From positions 173,228,277 to 173,292,276 of the forward strand of contig NC_068981.1 of assembly GCF_001194135.2 (NCBI RefSeq): DNA of 64,000 nt, in the 5' to 3' direction. The notes beneath the pieces were generated by a model that was given only the letters and a program-made list of their open reading frames with translations, did not search any database and was not told where the DNA came from. A program made the translations under genes and the position numbers. Shown here one piece after another: positions 36,891-48,949 of the stretch. Positions within the stretch are counted from its first letter, which is position 1. Each line of letters begins with the position of its first letter. Source of the DNA: Octopus bimaculoides. Lineage: Eukaryota.

Positions 36891-38324
36891 CTAAGGAAAT
36901 AAATTGAAATACTGCTTAAATGTTTTTACCTTTTTTTTTTTTCTGGTTTTGTTGTCTAGCATTTGAATGTCCTTTCCCTGTCTCTTTTTTTTAATTCTAA
37001 ACAAACCTTTAAAGTAAAAATATTTTTAAAAAAATCTGAAATAATACCAACTAAAGAATTTCATGACAGAGATTCATCTCAATAAATCAGAGAACATGTA
37101 AGATACAGATGTTAACACACACATACACACAAATGTAAAGGCTGAGCATATGGGAGTCATTGACAAGATATATTCCAAGTTCAACTCTAGGCCAAACCTT
37201 CAGTTCCTCCTCTTATTCATGCTTTGCTCTTGAGTTCTCTGATGTCTGGTGATTAGCTAACTTCTTGTTCCTATGAGTATAAGCAACTGTTCTGATTAAT
37301 TTTCTGCCTTAGAAGCACTACTACTGCCAACAAATTTATTTAAGATCTGAATCAGATGTGAAATCATTTGTGACTTTCTCTGAGTATATGCAACTAAGAA
37401 ATGGTCACATTTGCAATAATCTTAAAAGGTGTACACAAGAAATCTTGGTCCTATATGCCCACATATCATCATCATCATTATATATATATATAATTCTCCT
37501 TATGGTTCTCAAGCAGTTAGTTGTAGATTTGTATAAATTCTACACCCTGCTTGGTGATTTCTGGAATCATTATATTGCACTAGAATTAGCCCTCTCCAGA
37601 AACTTGGTTGCTGTTTGAATAGTTGCAAAACTTAGCAATAAGAAATATTTGGTCATATAGTGCTGCTGGGAAGGTTTCCTCAACTACATCTTTTTCACCT
37701 TTAATCAATGCATTCAGAAGACCTGGTTTATTTGTTCTATTTGTGATTTTTATTTACAGTGATGATATCAGGCCAGATACTTGGTTTAGAAACATTGATT
37801 GAATATGATAACTGCATGGTGACTTTGAAAACTTCTAACCTCTTACCAAGATATTCTTTATTAAATATTGTTTATTAGTTTGAGCTTTACACAGGCAAAC
37901 CCTAAGATCCATACCCTTCTCCCAAGGTCAAGCTTATCTTTATCATGTAACTTCTCTAAAGACAGACAATATGAAAATGTTTCATGTTTCCAACTATATT
38001 AAAAATCCAACTACTTTTTTGTCTTCTGTTTCCAAATGATTGGTTTGTTGAGATTACTAGTTTGTGTACTCCACATAGAGCGTGAATGAAGAAATCTACC
38101 TTCTTGGGTGTTGCTCTGAATGATCCTGATGGCATCTTCTTTGTTATACATCAGGGGACTGTTTTCAGGAGTGTTCCACTTAGGTAACATAGGGGTGGAC
38201 TCCCAAACACAAGGCAACAAAACAAAATAGTTAAAAAGATTTAAGCAACATTTCATTTCACTTCCTTTGGAAAACTGTTAAACATTTTTGTACCTGCAAA
38301 CAGATAAACTAAGAAATAATCTTT

Positions 38325-38530
38325 TGTACTCTAGGCACAAGGCCCGAAATTTTGGGGAAGGGGGCCAGTTGATTAGATTGATCCCAGTACACAACTGGCA
38401 CTTCATTTATCGACCCTGAAAGGATAAAAAACAAAGTCGACCTTGGCAGAATTTGAATTCAGAACGTAAAGACAGATAAAAAAATGCTAAGCATTTCTGT
38501 CAGCTCACCACCTTACATGAATTAAAAAAT
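38325..38530 (-). mobile_element. tRNA-derived SINE (family B)
   Basis: Reverse complement of the 31500 and 62780 family. Confidence 0.75.
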
Positions 38531-40188
38531 TAATACCAGAGTACCATTTGAGTACTGAGGTTGCTCCTTCAAAATTTCAGGCCTTGTGCCTATGGTAGAG
38601 AGGATTGTTTATATATAAACCTTATGTAGCAACAAAAGAAGTAGATCTCAATATCATTGAAAATAGAGGGCTAAATTTATTAAATGATGGATGTGGAACA
38701 CATTCAGGATTCAGTTTCTGTGTAACAACTCAGTGAGCTGCACTTCATCAGCATGCATTCGGCTTGCAATAACCAGTGAAATGTAGCATTCATCAAGTTG
38801 TACAGAAACTCAGAAGCCTGAATGTAAGTGTTCCATACCTGTGTTATTTAAAAAATATATATTCACACATATCTGGTTTTATATATCTTCTTTTCATTTG
38901 ATTATCTCCTTATGAATATACTGATATATTAAAATTGTCCCATTATGAGTGGGAATTTTCTAAACAACAAAACATGTATATGGCCTTCCTCATTCTAAAC
39001 AGTTGAAACTGTATTACTGTCCATTGTCAAATGAAATATCATTTTCATATACATCTGCTTTTATGTATATATATATAAATTAGTTTTTTTTTTATCCTAT
39101 GATATATTGTTGGAACAACTGGGAGTGAACATGAAACTGAAAAGATTTTTTTAAAGATATTAATGAAGAATATGACATGAAAATAATATTGCTATTTTTA
39201 GAGATTTCTATTCATTGATCCTAAGTTATATAATCCTATACTGATCCTACATGAAACAATAAAATATTGGCCTTATAACTTACTTTTTACTTTTACTTTA
39301 TTTTTACTTCAAAGTGAGTTTCACTTATATGGTTGCACTTTGTAGAGACAATAACTGTTCATAGCTAAATTAGTTTTTCTAGCTCTGAAGGGGAAACCTA
39401 GGCTTTGATAAGTAGTTACAGTTTACTTGTAACACTGAAAGGTCATCAGAGATTGAAGTCTAGTATTTGTGGTGGCTTTATGATTAATTAAATTGTGTTG
39501 TATGAAGCTGCACAAATGAATTTGCTGACATTGTGAAGCTGTTGTGTGTCCCCATCTCATGATATAAAGATTGTTTGATTTTATAAAGGGAACCCATGCC
39601 TGTGTGGAAAACTAATGTTAAAGGATGATGATGATGAGTAAATGGTAAAGTGATGAATGTGAGGCTTAGATTTGTTTCAATTCAGGTAGAATCTTTCTGC
39701 ATAAAATATTCTTCTTCTACAAGCAATTATTTCTGAATGATTTATTAATACTTTTTCATATCAAGATAATTCTAAATTAGGCAGATATACGTAATTTGAC
39801 ATCAGGGGCCTTTGTTCTTTTGATAAATCTACCACATTAACAGAATAAGTACTGAAATCAACTTTATTGACCACACTCTTATGGTCATGTCCCAGAATGA
39901 CTTGGCTGCAGTCCATTGGCCAAAACAAGAATTTTATATTATGTGTTAAACATTGTAGTACAATCTTAAATTGTGACACAGTGAGTGTCTAATATCAAGA
40001 TGTCTAATTTTAGTATTTATTTGAGGCTATAAGCGTCATATTACTGTAAGTTTATCATCTATATAAGTTCCTTCATCTTTTTATCACTTCTCTCAGTCTG
40101 TTAGTAATTTTTAGAATACCTGATTTGAAAAATCTCTGGATTTTGATTTAAATATATATATATATTTAATTAATTTTCTATATCTTAC

Positions 40189-40226
40189 CTTCTGGCCATA
40201 CTTTGTGTAAATGATTTTGCAAAGAT
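40189..40226 (-). CDS. Possible 38-nt exon of the unidentified minus-strand gene (may contain the ATG at 40199)
   Basis: TTATTTAG|ATCTTT...CAGAAG|GTAAGA, strong splice sites. All three frames are open. AGTATGG is a good start context. Confidence 0.35.
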
Positions 40227-40649
40227 CTAAATAACTGGAGGTCTGACTGAAAGGGGTCTTTTGTTTTATGGGAACACTTTATGAAATGGTTATGTATCAA
40301 TGAATGCTACTAATATTTTTAGATTTGACGAAAAGCAGGTTTCAACAAGTACAAACTCCTAATCAGACAGAACTATCTATACAACGTGACACTGATTAAT
40401 TGAGATTATCTCTACAATTACTAAACAGAAACTCCCTTCAGGGAGTGATATTCAAAATCTAGTAATAAGCAAGATAGACCCAACAAGTTCAATTAATTGG
40501 GATTTTTGAAAAATATTAACGATGCAGATGGGAGTGGATCTAGTCTTTAAGGCCAATAGGTAAAAGCAAGGGACAGGTTTCAGTCTTACTCAATATTCCA
40601 TGCAAACCATTCTGTTCAGTTGGCAAGACTAAAAGTACTCAAATATAGA

Positions 40650-40785
40650 CGGAGGCTTGGCAGTGTAGTAAGAAGTTTGCTTCCCAAATACATGGTTCCA
40701 GGTTCAGTCCCACTGTGTGGTACCTAGGGCAAGTGTCTTCTACTGAAGAGTGGATTTGGTAGACGGAAACTGAAAGAAGTCAATT
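40650..40785 (+). mobile_element. tRNA-derived SINE (family A), partial
   Basis: GGTTCAGTCCCACTG.GTGG.ACC..GGGCAAGTGTCTTCTACT...GGAAACTGAAAGAAG. Confidence 0.75.
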
Positions 40786-41252
40786 GAATATATGTATATG
40801 TGTTTATATATATATATGGATGGATGTATATATATAAACTTACAGTTAACAAAAATCTGGATGCATGGTGTTCAGTTACATAGGACAAACACAAAAGGGC
40901 CTTAATTCTTCATCAGTTATCAGCCAAAATACTAATACCCAGTTTCATGCCTTTAATGATAAGACTGAGAACTTCGTATATCGGCGGCACCTGCAAAACT
41001 TGCAGAGAATAAGAGCTCAAGTAAACAAAACAATACAGGTTGGACATATGAAAAGTAAACAAATGTAATTTGAAACAATAGAAAAAGACAGAATAAATAT
41101 AGCCTTTTGGCCAAACACGAGTATGGTGGCGTTGTGGTGCGAAACCTTGGATTACTCTATATAAAATTTTGTTGTAATAATTACTGCTCTATTTTTTTAT
41201 AGTATCCTTCTTTCTGATATGTTTTTTTTTTTATCAACCAATTATATATATA

Positions 41253-42473
41253 TTGGGTCATTCCATAAATAATGTGGTTTTTTATACTTCTTTTATTTTT
41301 CAAAATTAAGATAAACTTCTTTTTTAATCTTATATATTCTCTTCATTTTCTACAATGCTCTTCCATCTATCTGGTAGACTTGCAAGGCCCCTCTTCCAAA
41401 ATTCACTTGTCTGTGACAAAAAAATACTCCTCCAGTACTGTTCTGACTTCATCTACACGATTCATATTTTTTCTGTTCAAATTATTTTGAAGACTGCGGA
41501 ATAGATGATAATCAGATGAGGCAATGACGGGTGGGGCATCGTTTCCTATTCAAACTGCTCCGATCTTTGGAATGTCATCCTCACTATATGTGGCCAAGCA
41601 TTGTATTAAAACCAAAGATGGTCGCTTTTCTGCTAGTGTTAACTTATGCCGCTCAAGCTGCTTGCAGTAGATCTCCTTTGTTATTGTTTGATTAGGGTTT
41701 AAAAGTTCAAAGTGAACTAAACCTTTCATATCTCACCAAACAGATAACAACACTTTATGTGGGTGAAAACCTTCTTTAGCCTGGGGTGCCAGTGTTTCTC
41801 CTTTCCCTACCCACAGTCTTTGGCACTTGACATTTTTATAGAGAACTCATTTCTCGTCACCAGTCACTATTCAGTCCAAAAAAGGTTAATTTGCAAGACG
41901 TTACAGCAAAGAAGAGCACACTTTCACTCTATGCATGTGATTAGACTCGGAAAGTTTGTGAGGAACCCACTGACCTAATTTGCTGACTTTTCTGATGGCA
42001 TGCAGGTGTCAATGAAAGGTTGAATGACCAAATCTCAGATTCTCTGCTAGTTCCTCAACAGCTATGATGGGATTTTGTTCCACCAGAGTTTGCAGGACGT
42101 CCTCGTTGAGCTCTACAGATCTTCCAGGATGAGGTTTGTCTTCTAGTCTGGCTTGGAATTTCTGGGACTATCGTTGACGCTGGTTTACACTTATTGTCTG
42201 ATCCCCATACACCGCATTAATATTCCTTGCACTTTCGGTTATGTTGTTGTCTTTATTGAACTCATAAAGCAAAATATATCAAATATGCTCCTTTGTCACT
42301 TCCATTATAGCTTCGTAAAAATAACTGTTAAAATCGAACTGCACTAAGAATAAGCACAAGGTAAAATTACTACCTGCTTTTATAGCAAGTTGATACAGGT
42401 AGTTTATCCCGTCCCCTTCCTACTTTTAGTTCATGCAATTGAAAAAAACCGCATTATTTATGGCATAACCCAG
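41253..42473 (-). mobile_element. Full-length, decayed mariner (DD34D) transposon with TIRs and TA target site
   Basis: TA|TTGGGTCATTCCATAAATAATGTGG and its inverse CCGCATTATTTATGGCATAACCCAG|TA. Minus-strand translation includes KVLLSVWWDMKGLVHFELL and SDYHLFRSLQN. Confidence 0.9.
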
Positions 42474-43639
42474 TATGTGTGCGTGCGTGTCTTCGTGTCT
42501 ATGTTTTTGTTATGAATATCTGCAATACAGCTGAGTTAAAATACCTCAAGAGAGCGTTCTTCATAGTAAATAGTAAATACAAATATGGTAGCAGCTAACC
42601 GATGTAAATTTCGTTGAACTGAAATTGTCGGTGCAGGTAAGTTTAGTGAAAATCTGATGACGGAATTTGTATTGTTTGCTGTCATCGTCGTATACCCACT
42701 GCAGTGATTAATTCTGCCCATTCAAGGTGTCTTTACTCGTTATATGACCAGCGTGTTACTTGAATGACATCTCTTAATTTTATCAGGTCGGGTCTTTTAG
42801 ATTATAAAATTTCTTTTTCGGTTCCAGGTCAGCCTCATCAAGCCAAAAGGATTCCAACCAAAAACCTCCATCATTTTAAGCAATCTATGCCATTGTTTAA
42901 TGTATTCTTTTTAAAGAAGGTAAGGTGTGAATTCATGGAGATTTGACTACTATTTCTAGCAGACCTAGCAACTATGTGCTCTCAAGTTGGCTCGTTCATG
43001 ACAATGAAGACATTCGTGTCATCGACTTCCGGTTTACTGTCATAGCAACGAGGGTTCAGAGGTTTGATACAAAGAAACTCCAGCATGGAACTCGTTGTCG
43101 GCGATCTCGAAGCTATTCGTCGGAGTAAGATTGTAACGGAACACTATCCAAAAGTCGTTCCACACGAGAAACCATTAAATACTCAGGTCAGATTGTAGAT
43201 ACTGTTTCTTGCTTGAGTTACATAGAATCAAGATTTTAGTTTAGTTCAGGCATACCTCAACTTAATTGGTTCCATGATCCATGACATGCGACTCAACTAA
43301 AAAAAACTCAATAAACAATATTTAAAAAAAAGCATTAAAAAGAAATCATTAGCTCATATCTGTTTTTATAAGTGGTTTATACATATTTTATATTTTCACA
43401 TGTATTTTATTTGGTTTCCACTAAAGTATTGGTTTTTAGGCGTTTTGTTTTATAAATATGTTCACCGAAACGTTAAAGTCGGATAAATCGACGGTATCGA
43501 CTGAAGTTAAAGTTTATTTTCCTATTAATTTCTTCAAAAAAAAACAAAAAAAAACGTAAGTCGAAAAATACGTGGTGTTCTTTCGTTAACCTACGTAACT
43601 TGAAACTATGTAAGTTGAGGTTATGCTTGTAATATAATT

Positions 43640-43792
43640 TAATAGATTAAGGGCGCACATGGCAGAGATGTAAACGGAACCCGCCCCCACTTTTTTTTTT
43701 TACGGAATCCCGCGTTTTAGGCTAGGGAGATTCCGATTCTGAAAAAAAATTTTCAAAATTTCAATCCCCCCTCCCCTCATTTCTTCCGGATT
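43640..43792. promoter_or_regulatory. Candidate (bidirectional) promoter region upstream of WDR88-like exon 1
   Basis: Local CpG enrichment, a GC-box-like CCCGCCCC at ~43680, and an ETS-like TTCCGG at 43784, just before the gap that ends in an exon donor. Confidence 0.4.
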
Positions 43793-44681
43793 NNNNNNNN
43801 NNNNNNNNNNNNNNNNNNNNNNNNNNNNNNNNNNNNNNNNNNNNNNNNNNNNNNNNNNNNNNNNNNNNNNNNNNNNNNNNNNNNNNNNNNNNNNNNNNNN
43901 NNNNNNNNNNNNNNNNNNNNNNNNNNNNNNNNNNNNNNNNNNNNNNNNNNNNNNNNNNNNNNNNNNNNNNNNNNNNNNNNNNNNNNNNNNNNNNNNNNNN
44001 NNNNNNNNNNNNNNNNNNNNNNNNNNNNNNNNNNNNNNNNNNNNNNNNNNNNNNNNNNNNNNNNNNNNNNNNNNNNNNNNNNNNNNNNNNNNNNNNNNNN
44101 NNNNNNNNNNNNNNNNNNNNNNNNNNNNNNNNNNNNNNNNNNNNNNNNNNNNNNNNNNNNNNNNNNNNNNNNNNNNNNNNNNNNNNNNNNNNNNNNNNNN
44201 NNNNNNNNNNNNNNNNNNNNNNNNNNNNNNNNNNNNNNNNNNNNNNNNNNNNNNNNNNNNNNNNNNNNNNNNNNNNNNNNNNNNNNNNNNNNNNNNNNNN
44301 NNNNNNNNNNNNNNNNNNNNNNNNNNNNNNNNNNNNNNNNNNNNNNNNNNNNNNNNNNNNNNNNNNNNNNNNNNNNNNNNNNNNNNNNNNNNNNNNNNNN
44401 NNNNNNNNNNNNNNNNNNNNNNNNNNNNNNNNNNNNNNNNNNNNNNNNNNNNNNNNNNNNNNNNNNNNNNNNNNNNNNNNNNNNNNNNNNNNNNNNNNNN
44501 NNNNNNNNNNNNNNNNNNNNNNNNNNNNNNNNNNNNNNNNNNNNNNNNNNNNNNNNNNNNNNNNNNNNNNNNNNNNNNNNNNNNNNNNNNNNNNNNNNNN
44601 NNNNNNNNNNNNNNNNNNNNNNNNNNNNNNNNNNNNNNNNNNNNNNNNNNNNNNNNNNNNNNNNNNNNNNNNNNNNNNNNN
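43793..44681. other. Assembly gap (others: 6427-6753, 9453-9684, 16098-16981, 28133-28190, 45714-46149, 56199-56558)
   Basis: Runs of N. Confidence 1.
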
Positions 44682-44705
44682 TCTGAAAGAAATCTTTGCA
44701 GAAAG
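44682..44705 (+). CDS. WDR88: 3' end of probable WDR88-like exon 1 (remainder in the gap)
   Basis: AAG|GTGAGT consensus donor at 44706. Phase-0 reading SERNLCRK joins INSRIIKGH, like vertebrate ..SK|IPFKIL.GH. Confidence 0.5.
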
Positions 44706-45339
44706 GTGAGTAGAGTGATTACATATTTCTTTCATTATGTTATCGCAGTTTCTAGAATGTGGATAGCTTGCTTGAAGACCAAGGCCGTAGAATCGGGAGG
44801 AGGGTTGGGGTATTTTTTTTTTTAATGAAAAATTGAAATTTTACAAACAATTTTTTTTTTTTAGAATCATAAACTCCGTATTTCGTTGTCTTTAATCTAC
44901 CTTGTAATGACACTCCTTTTACTGTTTGGTGATAACTTCTTTCGATTCCACGCCTCTTCGCATGTCCCCATTTTAGTGTAATGTCTGGTTACCTGTCTCC
45001 CTATTTTACTTTGTCAGTCTTTCTGTCTCTCTCTTTAACTCATTCACTCACACACACACACACCCTTCAAACTTTAGTCATTGCTACCTAAAGATATTTC
45101 ATTTCCGAACCTGTGGTCGCTCGACTTGCTAGAAATATCGGCCGAATCTCATTCTAAAGCGCCAAATCCCGTAATATCTTTAGATGCACATGTTTTAAGC
45201 ATAGCAGATTACGTTTCGGGGGAGGGGCGAAAGAACACATTGGATTGTGTAATTTTAGATACGCTGTATTTGGAAAAAAAAACATAGTAATACGTTTCTC
45301 AATTCCAACGAACTTACTTAAATTCTTCAATTTTTATCA

Positions 45340-45570
45340 AGTGATAATCACTTGCACAGCACTAACTGTATTCAACTGAATAGACGTCAGTGATTAGTTG
45401 AAATTATCGAAATAAGACAATTTTTAACGTGAAATAACTTCGAATACAAAATTTTTTATCTGTTCTATACCACAAAATATACAAGTATACGAAGTTTGAA
45501 AGTGTTTCGGTACCAAAAACACTACATAAAAAAATGTTGCCCGTCAAATCACAAAGGCCCGATTATTTTG
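45340..45570. repeat. ~230-bp repeat, copy 1 (copy 2 at ~46225-46440, preceded by CCCTAA-like repeats at the gap edge)
   Basis: ACAGCACTAACTGTATTCA.CTGAATAGACGTCAGTGATT and TGTTGCCCGTCAAATCA are shared between the copies. Confidence 0.75.
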
Positions 45571-46577
45571 CCAATGTAGACCTTTCGTTTATCTGTAATA
45601 TAGTTTTTTTTTTGTTTTCATAACCTGGAAGAAAGACTTTTCAAATTGTAAAAGTACCATTATCTTTATGATTTGACAACATTTTTGGCAACATTTTTTT
45701 AATGTAGTGTTTTNNNNNNNNNNNNNNNNNNNNNNNNNNNNNNNNNNNNNNNNNNNNNNNNNNNNNNNNNNNNNNNNNNNNNNNNNNNNNNNNNNNNNNN
45801 NNNNNNNNNNNNNNNNNNNNNNNNNNNNNNNNNNNNNNNNNNNNNNNNNNNNNNNNNNNNNNNNNNNNNNNNNNNNNNNNNNNNNNNNNNNNNNNNNNNN
45901 NNNNNNNNNNNNNNNNNNNNNNNNNNNNNNNNNNNNNNNNNNNNNNNNNNNNNNNNNNNNNNNNNNNNNNNNNNNNNNNNNNNNNNNNNNNNNNNNNNNN
46001 NNNNNNNNNNNNNNNNNNNNNNNNNNNNNNNNNNNNNNNNNNNNNNNNNNNNNNNNNNNNNNNNNNNNNNNNNNNNNNNNNNNNNNNNNNNNNNNNNNNN
46101 NNNNNNNNNNNNNNNNNNNNNNNNNNNNNNNNNNNNNNNNNNNNNNNNNCTAACCCTAAAACCCTAAACCCTTACTAGGGAATAATAATATAATTAAACA
46201 GGAAATAACACACTTGACACCGAACAGCACTAACTGTATTCAGCTGAATAGACGTCAGTGATTGGTTGAAGTTACAGAAATACGACAACTTTAACATGAA
46301 ATAACTTGCGATGTACAGTTTTTTGTTAAGAAGGTTAAGAGAAGAAGTTGTTTTATATGACACATTCTACTAGTGTCCCAAGTTTGAAAGTGTTTCGTTA
46401 AGAAAACAAGTGTTGCCCGTCAAATCATAAAGATCCAATTACCATTAACTAGATACAGCTGTAATGTCTTCAGTTATAATTCTATACACATGCGAGATGC
46501 ATTTTTAGATGTTCAAAGTCATCTCAAAGAAAACCAGTACTAGTTTGTACCTTGAAAAAAAAATTTGACATACCTCA

Positions 46578-46952
46578 GGAGTGGCTGTGTGGTAAGTCGC
46601 TTGCTTACCAACCACATGGTTCTGGGTTCATTCCCACTGCGTAGCACCTTGGGCAAGTGTCTTCTACTATAGCCTTGGGCCAACCAAAGCCTTGTGACTG
46701 AATTTGGTAGATAGAAACTGAAAGAAGCCCGTCGTATATATGTGTATGTTTGTGTGTCTGTGTTTGTCCCCTCAACATCGCTTGACAACCGATGATGGTG
46801 TGTTTACGTCCCCGTAACTTAGCGGTTCAGCAAAAGAGACCAATAGAATAAGTACTAGACTTACAAAGAATAAGTCCTGGGGTTGATTTACTCGACTAAA
46901 GGCGGTACTCCAGTGTGGCCACAGTCAAATGACTGAAACAAGTAAAAGAGTA
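46578..46952 (+). mobile_element. Well-preserved composite tRNA-derived SINE (family A)
   Basis: tRNA-like head, central TA/TG microsatellite, and a 3' half matching 29797-30000 in reverse. Confidence 0.9.
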
Positions 46953-47179
46953 TACCTACACAGACGTGCCTCCCTTCTTTTCTCCTCAAAAGTTTAAAAA
47001 TTAAGGATATTTGTAAATAAAAATTTTCTATAAATATGCTTCAGAGATTATATCGATGGTTGGGACGGAAGTTTCGAAAAATTCCCACACACAAGTTGGC
47101 TTTGCTTCTTCATAAATTACAGAAAAATGTTTTGTTTTTTTTTGTTTATTCTTCTACAAATACCTTTCAGACTGTAAAT

Positions 47180-48810
47180 CAAGGATCACCAAACTTTTTT
47201 CACTGCCGGCCAGATAACTGAGAGAATGACAAGCACAGTCAACATTAACATTTTTCTCAATACAATATAGTGAATACAAAAAATAAAGACTTCCAACATA
47301 TTTATTTACCAAAAAGTTATCAAAGGAGGGGACGTTAGCAATAAGATAATTATATCACACCCAGTATGCACATATCCTAATCTGAGAAGCTAAGCAGCAA
47401 TAAAGGTTAGTGAGATTTGTGAAACTGGTGTTTAGATTTTAAAATATCATCAATATTTGCTTTGGAATTGCTTCATCCAACCAAGAGAATTGTTTTCAGA
47501 TGTTCGTCAGTCAACCTTGTTCGATGTACTGACTTCACATACTTAATTTTTGAAAATGTTTGCTCACAGACGTAACACTGAAAATGAAAGCAATTTCCTC
47601 ATTCCAGTTGTGCTTCAAACAATGAAAGCTTTCTCTGAAATCCTTTGATGATTCTGTACAGATTACAGATGAGGTTATCCTTTCCCTGAAGTTTCAAGTT
47701 CAATTCATTCGTGTGGAATGTGATGTCAATCATAAATGACAACTTTGACAGGTAGGATCTATTTCTCTTTGGGGCTTATAAAAATGAAACAGGACTTTAC
47801 CGCAGCTGAGCCACCTCACTGCTGTGTGATAAAGCAAGTCACAGAACTGAGAAACAATTTCTTCAAGAAAAGCCTGGAACTGGCGGTGATTAAGTGCATG
47901 ACCCTGAATGGAGTTAACCACAGAAACAATTGGTTTCAGTATGCAAGAAATGTTTAAGTCTTTTCCACAGAGTGTTTGCTGATGTATAATGCAGTATATA
48001 AACAGAGCACCCGAGAGTTGAAGATCTTACAACTTAGTCCTGAACTGCTCCACCTCACTCCAGCCATGTTTTTTTCCTCCATCAACTGTAACATTTCGAA
48101 GCTGATTACACTGAAGGTTATAGCCTTGCAAAGTTTTCTGCACTTCCATGAAAATGTCTTCCCCAGTTGTTGTTTTATGCATGCTGCAAATGGATGCCAA
48201 CTCTTCTGTGAGCTGAAAGTCGAAATTAACACCTTGAATGAGCACAAAAAATTATGATGCACTCGAGAGATCAGTAGACTCGTCCAGCATCAGAGAATAC
48301 CACAAGAATTTCCTAGTTTTCTCACATATCTGTAGCACTATGTTCTCTCCAAGTTCTTCTGTTCTCTGCACAACTGAACTTGCTTTCAAACAAAGCGGCT
48401 TTCTCAGGATACAAGTCATTTGCTGCTTCTATCATACACTCTTTGATGAAGTTGCTGTCAGTAAACAGTTTTCCTCCTTCTGCCATCTTATGCACTATTT
48501 TGTAACTTGTACAAGTGACATTCATTTTCAGCAAACATTCTCATGAAGAGATTCCTTTGAGTTTCTGAACTACGTTTCATTAACTCAAATTTTTCAGAAC
48601 ACAACTTTCCAGAAAACTTCAAGTATGTTGACAGACGTTTTGTTTCATAGTGACGCCAAAGATTGTACTCTTTCAAAACAGCAACATTTCCTTTATATAT
48701 CATGCAACTAGCTTTTCAGTTGTTTGTTTCCACAAAGAAGTACTTTTCTCCCCATTTTGCATTGAAAAGACGACGGTCCGCATCTACTTTTCTTTTATTA
48801 GTAGCTATAA
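47180..48810 (-). mobile_element. hAT transposon remnant (Charlie/SPIN, GTF2IRD2-like transposase)
   Basis: KRKVDADRRLFNAKW, VAVLKEYNLWRHYETK, DLLYHTAVRWLSCGKVL motifs. TIR-like CAAGGATCACCAAAC at 47180. Many stops. Confidence 0.85.
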
Positions 48811-48949
48811 CGATGGGTAAAGAAAACAGGATCTGAAAATGAAAAACAATTGTTTATTTACACATTGAATATTCTATCAAAAAAGTTTTAGAAAAATAAT
48901 TTTTCAACACTATTTTGACATGTATATAAACATGACAAACTAAATGTAA

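Noticed and set aside
37500-38300. Several 45-80-aa minus-strand open stretches (e.g. KPGLLNALIKGEKDVVEETFPAALYDQ)
   Set aside because: No consistent splice sites or phases link them to the exon chain, and I recognise no domain. Left uncalled.
39761-39979. 72-aa minus-strand ORF that looks protein-like
   Set aside because: The DNA resembles a decayed SINE family A half (GACTGCAGCCA, CAGTACTTATTCT), and there is no convincing splice context.
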